64,000 bases of DNA from a virus (Duplodnaviria > Caudoviricetes), in the IMG/VR virus record IMGVR_UViG_3300032259_000003, positions 12,589-76,588 of that record; one strand, 5' to 3'. The position numbers were made by a program, and so were the translations under genes. The number at the start of each line of letters is the position of its first letter. The stretch's first letter is position 1. Below, one piece after another: positions 54,063-63,153 of the stretch. The notes below the pieces were generated by a model. That model searched no databases. It saw nothing but the letters and a program-made list of their open reading frames with translations, and was not told the origin of the DNA.

Positions 54063-55987
54063 GATACTTTATCCTTTAGTGATTGATGTCCGGCATATCC
54101 CGGAACAAAATAATATTTAGGGTTATATATCCATGCCTTGTCAGGGTCGGTCTCGAATCGCAGGCGGTGCGGTATCATCTCCATAGGGATACGTTTAACA
54201 ATTTTGCCGTCTTCAAATGGCCGATTGCCAACGCTAGCTTTTACAATATCGAGCCAAAAGCAAGGCGTCTCCTGCCATTGCTCATCCTCGGACTGACTAA
54301 AGACCTGGTTAATCATATAACCGGTGTTGGACTTATCGAATCGGATATAATTCGCGTCGGTTGCTTTTAACGGCTTACCGGCTTCTTTATCGGCTTGGGC
54401 GACTTTGTTTACCTGCGTGGACATGACGATATGCACATTGTTCTGTATAGCAAAGCGCTTCACGTCTTCAAATGCTTGCTCGTATCTATTGATGGCGGAG
54501 TCGCTCGGCTTGGCGTTTAATAGTTGCGCATAATCAAAGAAGACGATCCAGACACGCTGACCTTGAGCGCGTTTGCTCTCTAATACCATTTGCATATCGG
54601 CTAGGGTCTCATCAAGTGTATCCTTCATCTCGAAGTAGTCCGTTTTGCCGGCCCAGGTCTGTATTCTCATACGTGCTTCTCCGAGTGCTTCCATGTGTAA
54701 CGAGCTTAACTTGCGGCCAACCTGCTTCACATTATCTTGCTTCGATCCGAGATAAGCGAAGTGATCCATCAGTTCCGACAATGTAATGGCGCGCGGTTTA
54801 TTATCCACTCTCGATATATAATTCCCGGCGTGACGGACCAACGCGCGGCACATCATCTCTGTTTTACTCCATTCCGGCCCCCACCATAGGACATTTTCCC
54901 CGCGCATGTTTAGCCCGTCTTTGATCGTCTCTAAAAATTGCGTTTTGCCGGTCCCTGTGCCACCACCTATTAAGGTAGTTTTGCCGGTGATAAAGTATTT
55001 TATCGTGCCCTCGAATTTATGTAGAGCCGTGATAGGGTTTAGAATATACCGTTCTACGATAGGCTTCTCTTCTAGCAATGTGAGGAAGATACTATCTAAA
55101 ATTGCGTCACTAGAATTTGCGCCACTCAAGACCGGGTCGGGTTCGGGCTTCGGGTTCTGTTCGTCTGATAATTTAAGCAATTGCTGCAAGCTATCGCCCT
55201 CATATAACTTGCAATAGTCCGCTAGGTCGCCATGCTTCGATAAGGGCATATCCACCAATTCAATCATGGGAATTTGCGCTTTTACCTTTTTGGATACCGC
55301 CGTGCCTTTGTCATCTTTATCATAAGCGTATAGTATCCGGCCTTGCCACTTCTCACTAAGTTCTGTGAGTAGTTCGGGCTTGATGGCATGTTCTCCGCCG
55401 GTTTGAGCAAAGGCCGGTACACCGTGGTACTGTGCCGATATGGTGCTGATCTCTCCATTGCATAGAACAATTACGCCTTTACTCATGGCGATGGCTTTAT
55501 CGAGCCAATACCAACACGCCTTATACCCTGGCGATGATACGTATTTGTCTTTTTTGCTGCCATCAGCATTAACAAGGTTATCAAGGAACCGATAACGTAA
55601 GCCTGTATCAGTCGGATACCTGGCGGCTCTCCGGCCTTTATGGGTGCACAATTCCCATCCGGCCGCTTCTAATGCTTTGCCGGGTATGCTGTGATCCTGT
55701 CCTAGTGCATTAAGGTCGATATATTCTTTGGTTGTATCGGTCGCAGGGTGTAACCCGTGTTCGGGTGTATCAATGCCTAATTTTTTGGCCAGGTCGTATA
55801 AGCTCCCTTCATCGTCGCCGGCGTGATATTTATATGCGCCGTGTTCGCCGTCCGGTTGTACAGTTATCTTGAATGACATGCTATCTGACCCCGGCTTGGT
55901 TGGATGGTTACATATCCATTGTCCGTTTTGATATTTGAGTGGGCCGCGGCTCTCCAAATTCGCTTTGATCTTATCCCAGGTTGTCAT
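54059..55987 (-). CDS. Primase-helicase fusion
   Basis: Near-identical homologue of 15675-17606. Confidence 0.85.
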   Translation of the reverse strand: MTTWDKIKANLESRGPLKYQNGQWICNHPTKPGSDSMSFKITVQPDGEHGAYKYHAGDDEGSLYDLAKKLGIDTPEHGLHPATDTTKEYIDLNALGQDHSIPGKALEAAGWELCTHKGRRAARYPTDTGLRYRFLDNLVNADGSKKDKYVSSPGYKACWYWLDKAIAMSKGVIVLCNGEISTISAQYHGVPAFAQTGGEHAIKPELLTELSEKWQGRILYAYDKDDKGTAVSKKVKAQIPMIELVDMPLSKHGDLADYCKLYEGDSLQQLLKLSDEQNPKPEPDPVLSGANSSDAILDSIFLTLLEEKPIVERYILNPITALHKFEGTIKYFITGKTTLIGGGTGTGKTQFLETIKDGLNMRGENVLWWGPEWSKTEMMCRALVRHAGNYISRVDNKPRAITLSELMDHFAYLGSKQDNVKQVGRKLSSLHMEALGEARMRIQTWAGKTDYFEMKDTLDETLADMQMVLESKRAQGQRVWIVFFDYAQLLNAKPSDSAINRYEQAFEDVKRFAIQNNVHIVMSTQVNKVAQADKEAGKPLKATDANYIRFDKSNTGYMINQVFSQSEDEQWQETPCFWLDIVKASVGNRPFEDGKIVKRIPMEMIPHRLRFETDPDKAWIYNPKYYFVPGYAGHQSLKDKVS

Positions 55988-56202
55988 TCTTGCCCTCTCA
56001 GGTTGGTTAGTTTGCGGTCAATATGTATCAGTTCGCGGTGTAGTGCGGTCAATACCTGGTTACATTCTCGCATTGTCACGGGTATACCCTCAATCGTGGG
56101 ACGCTCCTCTTTAAGCTTCCCCCACTCATCAATAAGCCATAGGGTCTCCTTCTTCCAATGGTCATAATAAGATTCGTCGCCATTATTACCATATACATTC
56201 AT
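55984..56202 (-). CDS. Hypothetical protein
   Basis: C-terminus shared with 17603-17818. Confidence 0.65.
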   Translation of the reverse strand: MNVYGNNGDESYYDHWKKETLWLIDEWGKLKEERPTIEGIPVTMRECNQVLTALHRELIHIDRKLTNLRGQE

Positions 56203-56207
56203 TGTCC

Positions 56208-57224
56208 TTATCCTGTCGCTAATATCCGGTTACGGCGTTCAATCTCTTCTTGTGATAGTTTGGGCTTGCTTTTGTTTTGTAGCCTAACCCGTCCTACATA
56301 GTCCGATATAACGGAAGGACTTTGCATCAAACTAGCGGTCGGGTTCTTGGATCGGTACAATTGGACGGCTTTCTCTAATTCCGTGACGCTGACCATTTTC
56401 CCATAATGACCCTGCTCATTTTGGTTTATCTCATCAAAAAACCGCCACTCATCTTTGATCTTCTGCGTCTTCTTACCGCTTAACATGTGTGCAATGTCCC
56501 AGGCGCGGCCATTGGTTAACCCAAGTAATTTTGGAATCACCTTAAATAACTCATACGCATTGTCTTTTTGGGCTTTGACTTTTGTTATACCTTCGTCGGA
56601 TGGCTTCGGTTCGGGTTTTGGTTCGGGCTTGGGGTCTTTACCGTTGCCAATGTCCGTTATGCTATCGGCTTGTTGGTCGGAGATGGATTGAGGAACATAG
56701 GGTAAAAGCCGCGCGTCGGATTTATCCGACATAGTATTTTTCTTACTTATAGGGTTCTTATTAAAAGAGTTCTTATTAGTAGCTCTCTCTGAGCTAGGGG
56801 GGGTAGCTCTCTCTGAGCTAGGGGGTAGCTCTCTCTGAGCTAGGTCATGCTTAATCTGTTGCAAAACGGCTTGCTTTTGCGTCTCAGTTTCGGCTTTTGC
56901 ATAGTCCGTATTGTAGGAATATATCCGATTGAGTTGTATCAAGTTGGCTTTACCTTTGCCTTGACTTTTTACAGTGATAAAACCTAGCTTTTTGAGTCCA
57001 GTTATCGCCCGTTTAACGCTGGCGACGCTTGTATGCGTTTCTTTTGCAATGGTGGCCTGAGATTTGAAGTATTTTGATCCTTGCCGGCCGATAGTTTGCA
57101 CTACATTCGTATAGATAGCCAATTCGATAGGCGAAGTTTCCCGTTGTACAATGATAGGGATACGAGCGTAATAGTATAAAACTTCGTCGGTTCCATCTAA
57201 TTCGTATGATTGATTCGTTGCCAT
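56208..57224 (-). CDS. Replication initiator (HTH N-terminus)
   Basis: KSQATIAKETHTSVASVKRAITGLKKLGFI HTH, internal iterons. Shares linker and C-terminus with 17824-18741. Confidence 0.78.
   Translation of the reverse strand: MATNQSYELDGTDEVLYYYARIPIIVQRETSPIELAIYTNVVQTIGRQGSKYFKSQATIAKETHTSVASVKRAITGLKKLGFITVKSQGKGKANLIQLNRIYSYNTDYAKAETETQKQAVLQQIKHDLAQRELPPSSERATPPSSERATNKNSFNKNPISKKNTMSDKSDARLLPYVPQSISDQQADSITDIGNGKDPKPEPKPEPKPSDEGITKVKAQKDNAYELFKVIPKLLGLTNGRAWDIAHMLSGKKTQKIKDEWRFFDEINQNEQGHYGKMVSVTELEKAVQLYRSKNPTASLMQSPSVISDYVGRVRLQNKSKPKLSQEEIERRNRILATG
56779..56844. repeat. Three palindromic iterons GTAGCTCTCTCTGAGCTAG (candidate origin)
   Basis: 19-bp unit at 56779, 56803 and 56825, each containing TAGCTC-N5-GAGCTA. 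Confidence 0.8.
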
Positions 57225-57226
57225 GA

Positions 57227-57661
57227 CTATTCTTCTCCTTCAAGGTCTGATGATTCTTCTACATCGGTTATTCCCTTCGTAAGATGTTCGGTGACGGTAT
57301 CTATAAACTGGGTCTTGCCGGTTCCTGTGCTACAGGATATCAAGGTTAACTTACCCGTGATAAAACCGGTCACACTCTCGCCATGCCCGTTTAATGGTAT
57401 TACGCCGTCACTTTTTTTTATCTCTGATAATTCCTTCTTTAGTGCTTCATTTTCTGCTAGTGTTCGCTCAAAACATTCTAGGATAACGTCAACAATATCA
57501 GGTTGTGTACTCCTGAGATTATGTCGTTTTTTAAATTCATGTAGGCTTTCTATATCATTGAGTAGCTCATCCAGCACGTCCAACGTCTGAACCATGTCGT
57601 TAAACTTGCTTTGAATGTCGCCATTCTTGTACTGTTTGGTATTACGGTGTTTGTCATACAT
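57227..57661 (-). CDS. Small protein carrying an isolated helicase Walker A-like segment
   Basis: FITGKLTLISCSTGTGKTQFIDT aligns with helicase FITGKTTLIGGGTGTGKTQFLET. Confidence 0.7.
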   Translation of the reverse strand: MYDKHRNTKQYKNGDIQSKFNDMVQTLDVLDELLNDIESLHEFKKRHNLRSTQPDIVDVILECFERTLAENEALKKELSEIKKSDGVIPLNGHGESVTGFITGKLTLISCSTGTGKTQFIDTVTEHLTKGITDVEESSDLEGEE

Positions 57662-57694
57662 AACTCAAATACTCCTTGAACTAAGAGGCTCTGG

Positions 57695-57723
57695 TTGCAT
57701 GGAATAGGGGGTTGTGTTATACT
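57695..57723 (+). promoter_or_regulatory. Antisense promoter TTGCAT-N17-TATACT
   Basis: Equivalent to 19050-19078. Confidence 0.72.
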
Positions 57724-57728
57724 TGGGG

Positions 57729-57800
57729 TACATATGAGAATATTCTCTGCGTTACCCCTATCCCGGCTTTGTGTTTGCGCACAGAGCCTTCACTTTTTAT
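57729..57800 (+). ncRNA. Predicted small antisense RNA (unit B variant)
   Basis: Stem-loop 1 (GAGA-atat-TCTC core), terminator hairpin 57765-57788 and a T-rich tract. Confidence 0.6.
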
Positions 57801-57815
57801 TTTGTTGTACCTCTC

Positions 57816-57844
57816 AGTATAACCTAAGTCCTTTTTTGACGCAA
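57816..57844 (-). promoter_or_regulatory. Replication operon promoter TTGCGT-N17-TATACT
   Basis: Equivalent to 19162-19190. Confidence 0.7.
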
Positions 57845-57857
57845 CTATCTAATGGTG

Positions 57858-58067
57858 TTAGTTTTGGTCTTCAAACAAACTCGCAGGGTCAACACCTAAC
57901 ACGTTGCAGATAGCAATCATTTTACTAACCCGTAACCACGCATCACCGCGTTCCAGTTGGGATATGGTTTCCCGTCCATAGCCTAGTTGGTCCGCAATGT
58001 CCTTTTGCGTGTATCCGAGCGCTTTGCGCCGTTGTTTGAGTTTGGCAATGATGGTTTGCTCATTCAT
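57858..58067 (-). CDS. XRE-family HTH regulator
   Basis: Homologue of 20020-20232. Confidence 0.88.
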   Translation of the reverse strand: MNEQTIIAKLKQRRKALGYTQKDIADQLGYGRETISQLERGDAWLRVSKMIAICNVLGVDPASLFEDQN

Positions 58068-58312
58068 TCGCTATCCTCAAATAATGTCGCAGTTGAGCCC
58101 GTTGCCTCGTAAAATTCCCATACTTCCAGAATATGCTGAAACCCGTCAATCATTTGTTGTAGTTCTTGTTTGTTGATTACAAAACTAATCCCTAGCATTG
58201 GTGCACCGTCCCCCGTTGGGTGAATGTCAACCTTGACATATTCTCTTGTTAGCGGTCCTCGAACGCTCAGTTTCATCTTGTTAATATTGACAATGATGGC
58301 TTGCTCATTCAT
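58064..58312 (-). CDS. Hypothetical protein (unit B only) starting with a copy of the XRE gene's first codons
   Basis: MNEQAII... start at 58312; 22-bp repeat with 58046-58067. Confidence 0.6.
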   Translation of the reverse strand: MNEQAIIVNINKMKLSVRGPLTREYVKVDIHPTGDGAPMLGISFVINKQELQQMIDGFQHILEVWEFYEATGSTATLFEDSE

Positions 58313-58547
58313 CGTCTTCACGTTCCTTCCATTGCTCATATGAATGATTCCAATCACTCAATTTGCGCGTGTATTCGATAGTCTGCGGTGTAGGCTGTAT
58401 TATGTATTTAACATGCCATTGGCCGTACCAATAGAACAAACTCCGTATGATGTAACGCACGTTAGAATCGCGATATTCAAACCCGTGTACGATTGGCAAC
58501 GGGGTCGGTCTACATTCCGAACATTCGCATAATTCGTTATGATTCAT
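58305..58547 (-). CDS. Hypothetical protein
   Basis: Homologue of 20225-20467. Confidence 0.6.
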   Translation of the reverse strand: MNHNELCECSECRPTPLPIVHGFEYRDSNVRYIIRSLFYWYGQWHVKYIIQPTPQTIEYTRKLSDWNHSYEQWKEREDDE

Positions 58548-59217
58548 TATTGGCCTCAACTTCATACACTTTTACAAGATAGGTTTTGTACGGGGTAAAC
58601 ATGCCTTCGTTGTCCATTATTTGGAATAGACCTGATGCATAGTTCCCTCTAAAGGATGTTGTTAATTCACGCAATAACTTTGTCTTCGGCTTCGGTTCGT
58701 TACCGCGTATGTTCACGGCAATGTATCGTTCCAACCAGGCACAGGTCATAAAATTGTCACCGGCTGCCTTTAGCGCGTCAAGCGCGGTTTGCAAACCATA
58801 TTCAGGATCATTGACAATGCCATTGAGCGTTTTAAGATGCGAGTATTTAATGACGGTCGGTTCTCCGTCTTCGGTATACAGCAACGGCCAACGGATGTTA
58901 TCAGGCCATGTCCGCGATGTGTGTAGGTAGCTTTGTAGTGTCGCTGGTTTTTTGCCGGTCATGTCCGCTATCATTTTGATGTCATCTGGCGATGGATCCA
59001 ATAGGTTTAATGTGTCGCCTATAGTCCATTGCGACAATTCGGCCTGTTCTAACAAATTCTCAATGACCAATTGCGCCGATTCAGTTAAATAGTCGCCGGC
59101 GTTTTGTAATTGGTGCATCACGTCTCTATGGTGTTTTGGCGTGTGGTGGTGTGTTTGTACCTGCGTCGGGGTTAATTCGCTATTTTGCGCGTTTTGGGAT
59201 TCAATTTGGGTATTCAT
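58537..59217 (-). CDS. Hypothetical protein
   Basis: Homologue of 20457-21143. Confidence 0.7.
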   Translation of the reverse strand: MNTQIESQNAQNSELTPTQVQTHHHTPKHHRDVMHQLQNAGDYLTESAQLVIENLLEQAELSQWTIGDTLNLLDPSPDDIKMIADMTGKKPATLQSYLHTSRTWPDNIRWPLLYTEDGEPTVIKYSHLKTLNGIVNDPEYGLQTALDALKAAGDNFMTCAWLERYIAVNIRGNEPKPKTKLLRELTTSFRGNYASGLFQIMDNEGMFTPYKTYLVKVYEVEANNES

Positions 59218-59495
59218 TCGTCGGTTGCTCCTATTATGTTTAGTGCCTGGTCGACGTTATAAACTTTTGGGACCTCATAACCGGTTTGCTCCAATATTTG
59301 GGCGTGTAATTTTCGCTGATAGGGAGTCAACCGTCCGCCTTTGTCTTTGACTTCCATCGCGTAGAGTTCGCCACGATAGAATACATATAGATCAATGTTC
59401 GTTTCAGCGACCACGACAGCCCCGACTTGAGTCAGGGCTTGAATTATCGCGGTCTCGTTTGCGTCTCGTTTTGCGGCGCGGCGGTGTTTACTCAT
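59214..59495 (-). CDS. VRR-NUC nuclease
   Basis: Homologue of 21140-21421. Confidence 0.8.
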   Translation of the reverse strand: MSKHRRAAKRDANETAIIQALTQVGAVVVAETNIDLYVFYRGELYAMEVKDKGGRLTPYQRKLHAQILEQTGYEVPKVYNVDQALNIIGATDE

Positions 59496-60078
59496 TCACG
59501 ACCTCTTTACGTGCGAGTAAATTAGCCTTGACGGTATCAAACCCGTGTTCGATGGGTTCAGCTCCAAATTCATCGGTGTATAACTTCATAGTATTAACGA
59601 GGTGGTTTTCGTGTTGGTATAGGAACCGTATATCAATATCATTTTTGATATGTTCCCATAGTGCACCCTTATTGGTCAATCGTTTTTCTAGCATCGTTTG
59701 CTCCCAATTTTTTGGTTCTATGGGTGCATCCGCTAAATAGTCGCCTTCGTCCATGTCGTGGAACGCGAACTGTGTTCCATAACCGGCATGAGCCAACGCG
59801 CGGCCAATAGCGGCGGTTTCGGCTTTCTCAATTTCACGACCGGCCCATTTTTGGCCTTTGCCCTCTCTAACGGTTGCGTGTCCCGTGGCTAGTGCTTTAC
59901 CGTCAACTAATACCCACGCCTTTGCTATAATGAGGCTGCCAACCGCTTGTATCTCTGTCTCGATAATGCCGGTCGGTGCTTCTTGACGGAACATTAAAAT
60001 TCGACCGTTAACTTGCAGGTAGTCCTTACCTGATAATTTTATCATGTAGGGTTGTAAATATTCGGGTACGATTGCCAT
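59488..60078 (-). CDS. Rad52/Sak-like single-strand annealing protein
   Basis: YLQVNGRILMF...EKAETAAIGRALAHAGYG. Occupies the erf slot and shares its C-terminal ~79 aa. Confidence 0.6.
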   Translation of the reverse strand: MAIVPEYLQPYMIKLSGKDYLQVNGRILMFRQEAPTGIIETEIQAVGSLIIAKAWVLVDGKALATGHATVREGKGQKWAGREIEKAETAAIGRALAHAGYGTQFAFHDMDEGDYLADAPIEPKNWEQTMLEKRLTNKGALWEHIKNDIDIRFLYQHENHLVNTMKLYTDEFGAEPIEHGFDTVKANLLARKEVVNE

Positions 60079-60093
60079 TGTCTTATCCTTATC

Positions 60094-60480
60094 CTAAAAT
60101 GGGATTTCGCCACCATTAGCCGGTGGTAAACTTTGGGCCGTGTTGCCGTCGCTCTTACTCAAAAATTGTACCGAAGTCGCGTTAAGGTCCAAACTGGCCG
60201 CGGCTTCTCCGTTGTTATTCATATAGGCGCGTGTGGATACGTTGCCGATAGCCATCACCTGCGAGCCTTTTTTTAGATAGGTGTTGCAGGCTTCCGCCGG
60301 TGGCCCGAAGATCGCCACACGATACCATGTTACGCGTTCCCGTTTCTCATTGCTTGCCTTGTCCGTCCAGGACTCAGAGACGGCCACACTAAAATTACAA
60401 ACCGCTTTGCCGCTCTGCAAATACTTTAATTCAGGGTCGCCCCCTAAATTCCCTACAATGATTGTTTGGTGGTAGCTCAT
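60094..60480 (-). CDS. ssb: Single-stranded DNA-binding protein
   Basis: Homologue of 22400-22786. Confidence 0.93.
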   Translation of the reverse strand: MSYHQTIIVGNLGGDPELKYLQSGKAVCNFSVAVSESWTDKASNEKRERVTWYRVAIFGPPAEACNTYLKKGSQVMAIGNVSTRAYMNNNGEAAASLDLNATSVQFLSKSDGNTAQSLPPANGGEIPF

Positions 60481-60719
60481 ACGTTTGTATCCTTCCATAT
60501 CATACCGATGCCCTGTGAGATAATACCGTGTTGCGCGGCCTTGTCTTTGAACCACTCATAAGCGGAATATTGGGCGCTATTCATACCCAACTCATTCAAA
60601 ATAGCGCGTATAGATACATGGTCGCTGGTCAATTTGCGTATCATGTCGCGCTCGGATACATCCGGGTGTTGCTTGAGGTAATTCTTCCATTGCTGGCTGT
60701 ACGTTTGTTTTTTTGGCAT
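60477..60719 (-). CDS. Hypothetical protein
   Basis: Homologue of 22783-23028. Confidence 0.7.
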   Translation of the reverse strand: MPKKQTYSQQWKNYLKQHPDVSERDMIRKLTSDHVSIRAILNELGMNSAQYSAYEWFKDKAAQHGIISQGIGMIWKDTNV

Positions 60720-60730
60720 ACTGCCTCCTA

Positions 60731-60841
60731 TTGACTATCAATATACAATATTGTATCATATCTATAGTGATATTGCAATATAGAACAAATTAGAACACTA
60801 CATTAGAGACAGTTGACAAGATACGTAACATGCTGTATACT
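60731..60841. promoter_or_regulatory. Divergent early control region
   Basis: Leftward TTGCAA-N17-TACAAT, rightward TTGACA-N17-TATACT (60813-60841), and the same 14-bp palindrome as unit A. Confidence 0.78.
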
Positions 60842-60905
60842 GTAGGTATAAATAGGAGAAATTCTTCTCCAAACTAGCGCGAAAGCGCAGAAAGGTCTAA
60901 CGACC

Positions 60906-61319
60906 ATGACAACCTTACAAGCATTACCAATCTCAATCACTTACAAGTCTGCAAAGGCTTTTGACCAAATGGTCGGGAAAATTGCGCGGTCGTTGGGTGT
61001 TCAATCGCGGACAAATCGCCTTCGTGCCGAGGCTCTAATGCAAGTTTGGGGCGATTATTCTACTATTGATACAGTGGAATCAACCGGGTTGTATCTTAGT
61101 AAAAACTTTTCTCCGAACCTTCGTCGAGCGGTTTATGCAATTCAGTATGCAAATAACACTGGCCGCTTGCATACTTCAGCACAAACTATGATTGATAACT
61201 TGAGTGGTTATCAATACGCTAAAATGGTCATTAAGTTTGCCTTAATTGGCACAAACATTAATGACATCGTTCACTATCTTAATGGTAAGCAAGGGTTAGC
61301 TCTACCGGTGGCAAGTTAA
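60906..61319 (+). CDS. Hypothetical protein (unit B only; replaces 23182-23565)
   Basis: 137 aa, first rightward gene. Confidence 0.65.
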   Translation: MTTLQALPISITYKSAKAFDQMVGKIARSLGVQSRTNRLRAEALMQVWGDYSTIDTVESTGLYLSKNFSPNLRRAVYAIQYANNTGRLHTSAQTMIDNLSGYQYAKMVIKFALIGTNINDIVHYLNGKQGLALPVAS

Positions 61320-61396
61320 CCCACCAACCCACGACAACAACCCAAGCCCGGCTATGCTGGGATTTTGGGGTAACTGACGATAGAAAGGATAAGATA

Positions 61397-61732
61397 ATGG
61401 AACGTAGACGCAAATTATCACGCGCGGAATATGAGGCGCGGAAAAGCAAGGCCGGCTTATTCTGCCGTGTCTGGCAGCTCGAAGTTGGCGATGTGATCGA
61501 GGTTACAGAATTAGAGACCTGGGAACATGCTTATGGACGGTCATCGGTACGTGTTGCCAAAAAACATACGATTTTAGCCGGTGACGATTTATTAACCCTC
61601 AAACCCGGTCAACAGTACGCGGACATTGCTATACTTGGCGGCCCAAAATATAAAGAATGGTGTATGGATCCCCTACGTCATGCCGATTACGTGCAATTCT
61701 CGAATAGATGGTTATGGAAAGAGGCTGAATAA
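61397..61732 (+). CDS. Hypothetical protein
   Basis: Homologue of 23642-23977. Confidence 0.72.
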   Translation: MERRRKLSRAEYEARKSKAGLFCRVWQLEVGDVIEVTELETWEHAYGRSSVRVAKKHTILAGDDLLTLKPGQQYADIAILGGPKYKEWCMDPLRHADYVQFSNRWLWKEAE

Positions 61733-62040
61733 TGAAAAGCTATATAGAATTTGCAATGGTTCCAAAAGAAGAAGACCGCTCACTATGGAATGAATCGTGC
61801 CAGTTGTGTTTTGGTAAAGTCGATCTTGATAATGTGGATACTGATGATCTTGAGCAATGGCTACGCCATAGTATGCGTCATAGTGGTGTAAGCTCAAATG
61901 TAAATTTTACGGTTCGCACACAATCCCATTTTATCATGTTGATGCACGTATACGATTATCTCAATTCGCTTGGCCTAATCAGTGGCATGATTATGACCCA
62001 AAATATGATAAATTTTAATGAATTGCGGGAGATAGAATAA
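61732..62040 (+). CDS. Hypothetical protein
   Basis: Identical to 23977-24285. Confidence 0.65.
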   Translation: MKSYIEFAMVPKEEDRSLWNESCQLCFGKVDLDNVDTDDLEQWLRHSMRHSGVSSNVNFTVRTQSHFIMLMHVYDYLNSLGLISGMIMTQNMINFNELREIE

Positions 62041-62696
62041 TGAAACAAAAAATTAATGGTAAGACATACGATATTAAGCCGAACGCGGATCTATCAGGTG
62101 CGGATCTATCAGGTGCGTATCTATCAGGCGCGATTCTCACACGCGCGGATCTATCAGGCGCGGATCTCACAGGCGCGATTCTCACACGCGCGGATCTCTA
62201 CCTGGCGAATCTATCAGGCGCGAATCTGGAACGTGCGTATCTATCAGGCGCGAATCTCTATCGTGCGGATCTCACAGGCGCGGATCTCACAGGCGCGAAT
62301 CTGGAACGTGCGTATCTATCAGGCGCGAATCTCACACGCGCGGATCTCACAGGCGCGGATCTCACAGGCGCGGATCTCACAGGCGCGAATCTCACAGGCG
62401 CGAATCTATCAGGCGCGGATCTCACAGGCGCGAATCTCTATCGTGCGAATTTCTATGGTGCGAAAGGCATCCATTTGTTCTATATCGCGGGCATGTCTTC
62501 ACGTAGTGATTACGTCTTTGCAGTAGAGCATACCGATATGCTGATGATTAAGGCCGGTTGCTTTTGGGGTACATACGCGGAGTTTCGCGCTAAAGTGATT
62601 GCAGAAAAAGGCGCGGATAGCATGTATGTTAGAGTCGGGTTAGTCGGTTTGGATGCATTGAACACATTCTTGTATGGGGAGGATAAGACATCATGA
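62040..62696 (+). CDS. Pentapeptide-repeat protein
   Basis: Identical to 24285-24941. Confidence 0.92.
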   Translation: MKQKINGKTYDIKPNADLSGADLSGAYLSGAILTRADLSGADLTGAILTRADLYLANLSGANLERAYLSGANLYRADLTGADLTGANLERAYLSGANLTRADLTGADLTGADLTGANLTGANLSGADLTGANLYRANFYGAKGIHLFYIAGMSSRSDYVFAVEHTDMLMIKAGCFWGTYAEFRAKVIAEKGADSMYVRVGLVGLDALNTFLYGEDKTS

Positions 62697-62950
62697 CACG
62701 AGTCAACAATAGTTACAACATCACCGTGTATGATAACGACAATTTGATGCTACATCACGGCATTGAATTTTTGGACAACGAGACCGACGAACTAATTGAG
62801 GTTCGCAATTGGTCTTATATCAGTGAATGGCTTGACCTAAGCGAAGCATTTACGCCTAAAAATGAACATTGCGTAATTTACAATGTGGGCGCGATATTTA
62901 ACGGTCGCGCGGTATACGGTCGTGACTATGCCATAGTGAGGTTATCATGA
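62693..62950 (+). CDS. Hypothetical protein
   Basis: Identical to 24938-25195. Confidence 0.65.
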   Translation: MTRVNNSYNITVYDNDNLMLHHGIEFLDNETDELIEVRNWSYISEWLDLSEAFTPKNEHCVIYNVGAIFNGRAVYGRDYAIVRLS

Positions 62951-63153
62951 CGGAATTAGAACGCTTAGAGTTAAAGATTACGCCTGAGATAAAGGATACG
63001 TTAGGCTGGTTAAAAAAAGAGCTTAATTGTCGTTCCAATAGCGAAGTGGTTAGGCTGGCTATTGTCAAACTGGCGTTGGATAGCGGTATCAAATTAGAAG
63101 ACGACACGCCGGCTTGGGGTAGTGGGTTGAATAGAGAGGATAAGCCATCATGA
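62947..63153 (+). CDS. Ribbon-helix-helix protein
   Basis: Identical to 25192-25398. Confidence 0.7.
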   Translation: MTELERLELKITPEIKDTLGWLKKELNCRSNSEVVRLAIVKLALDSGIKLEDDTPAWGSGLNREDKPS

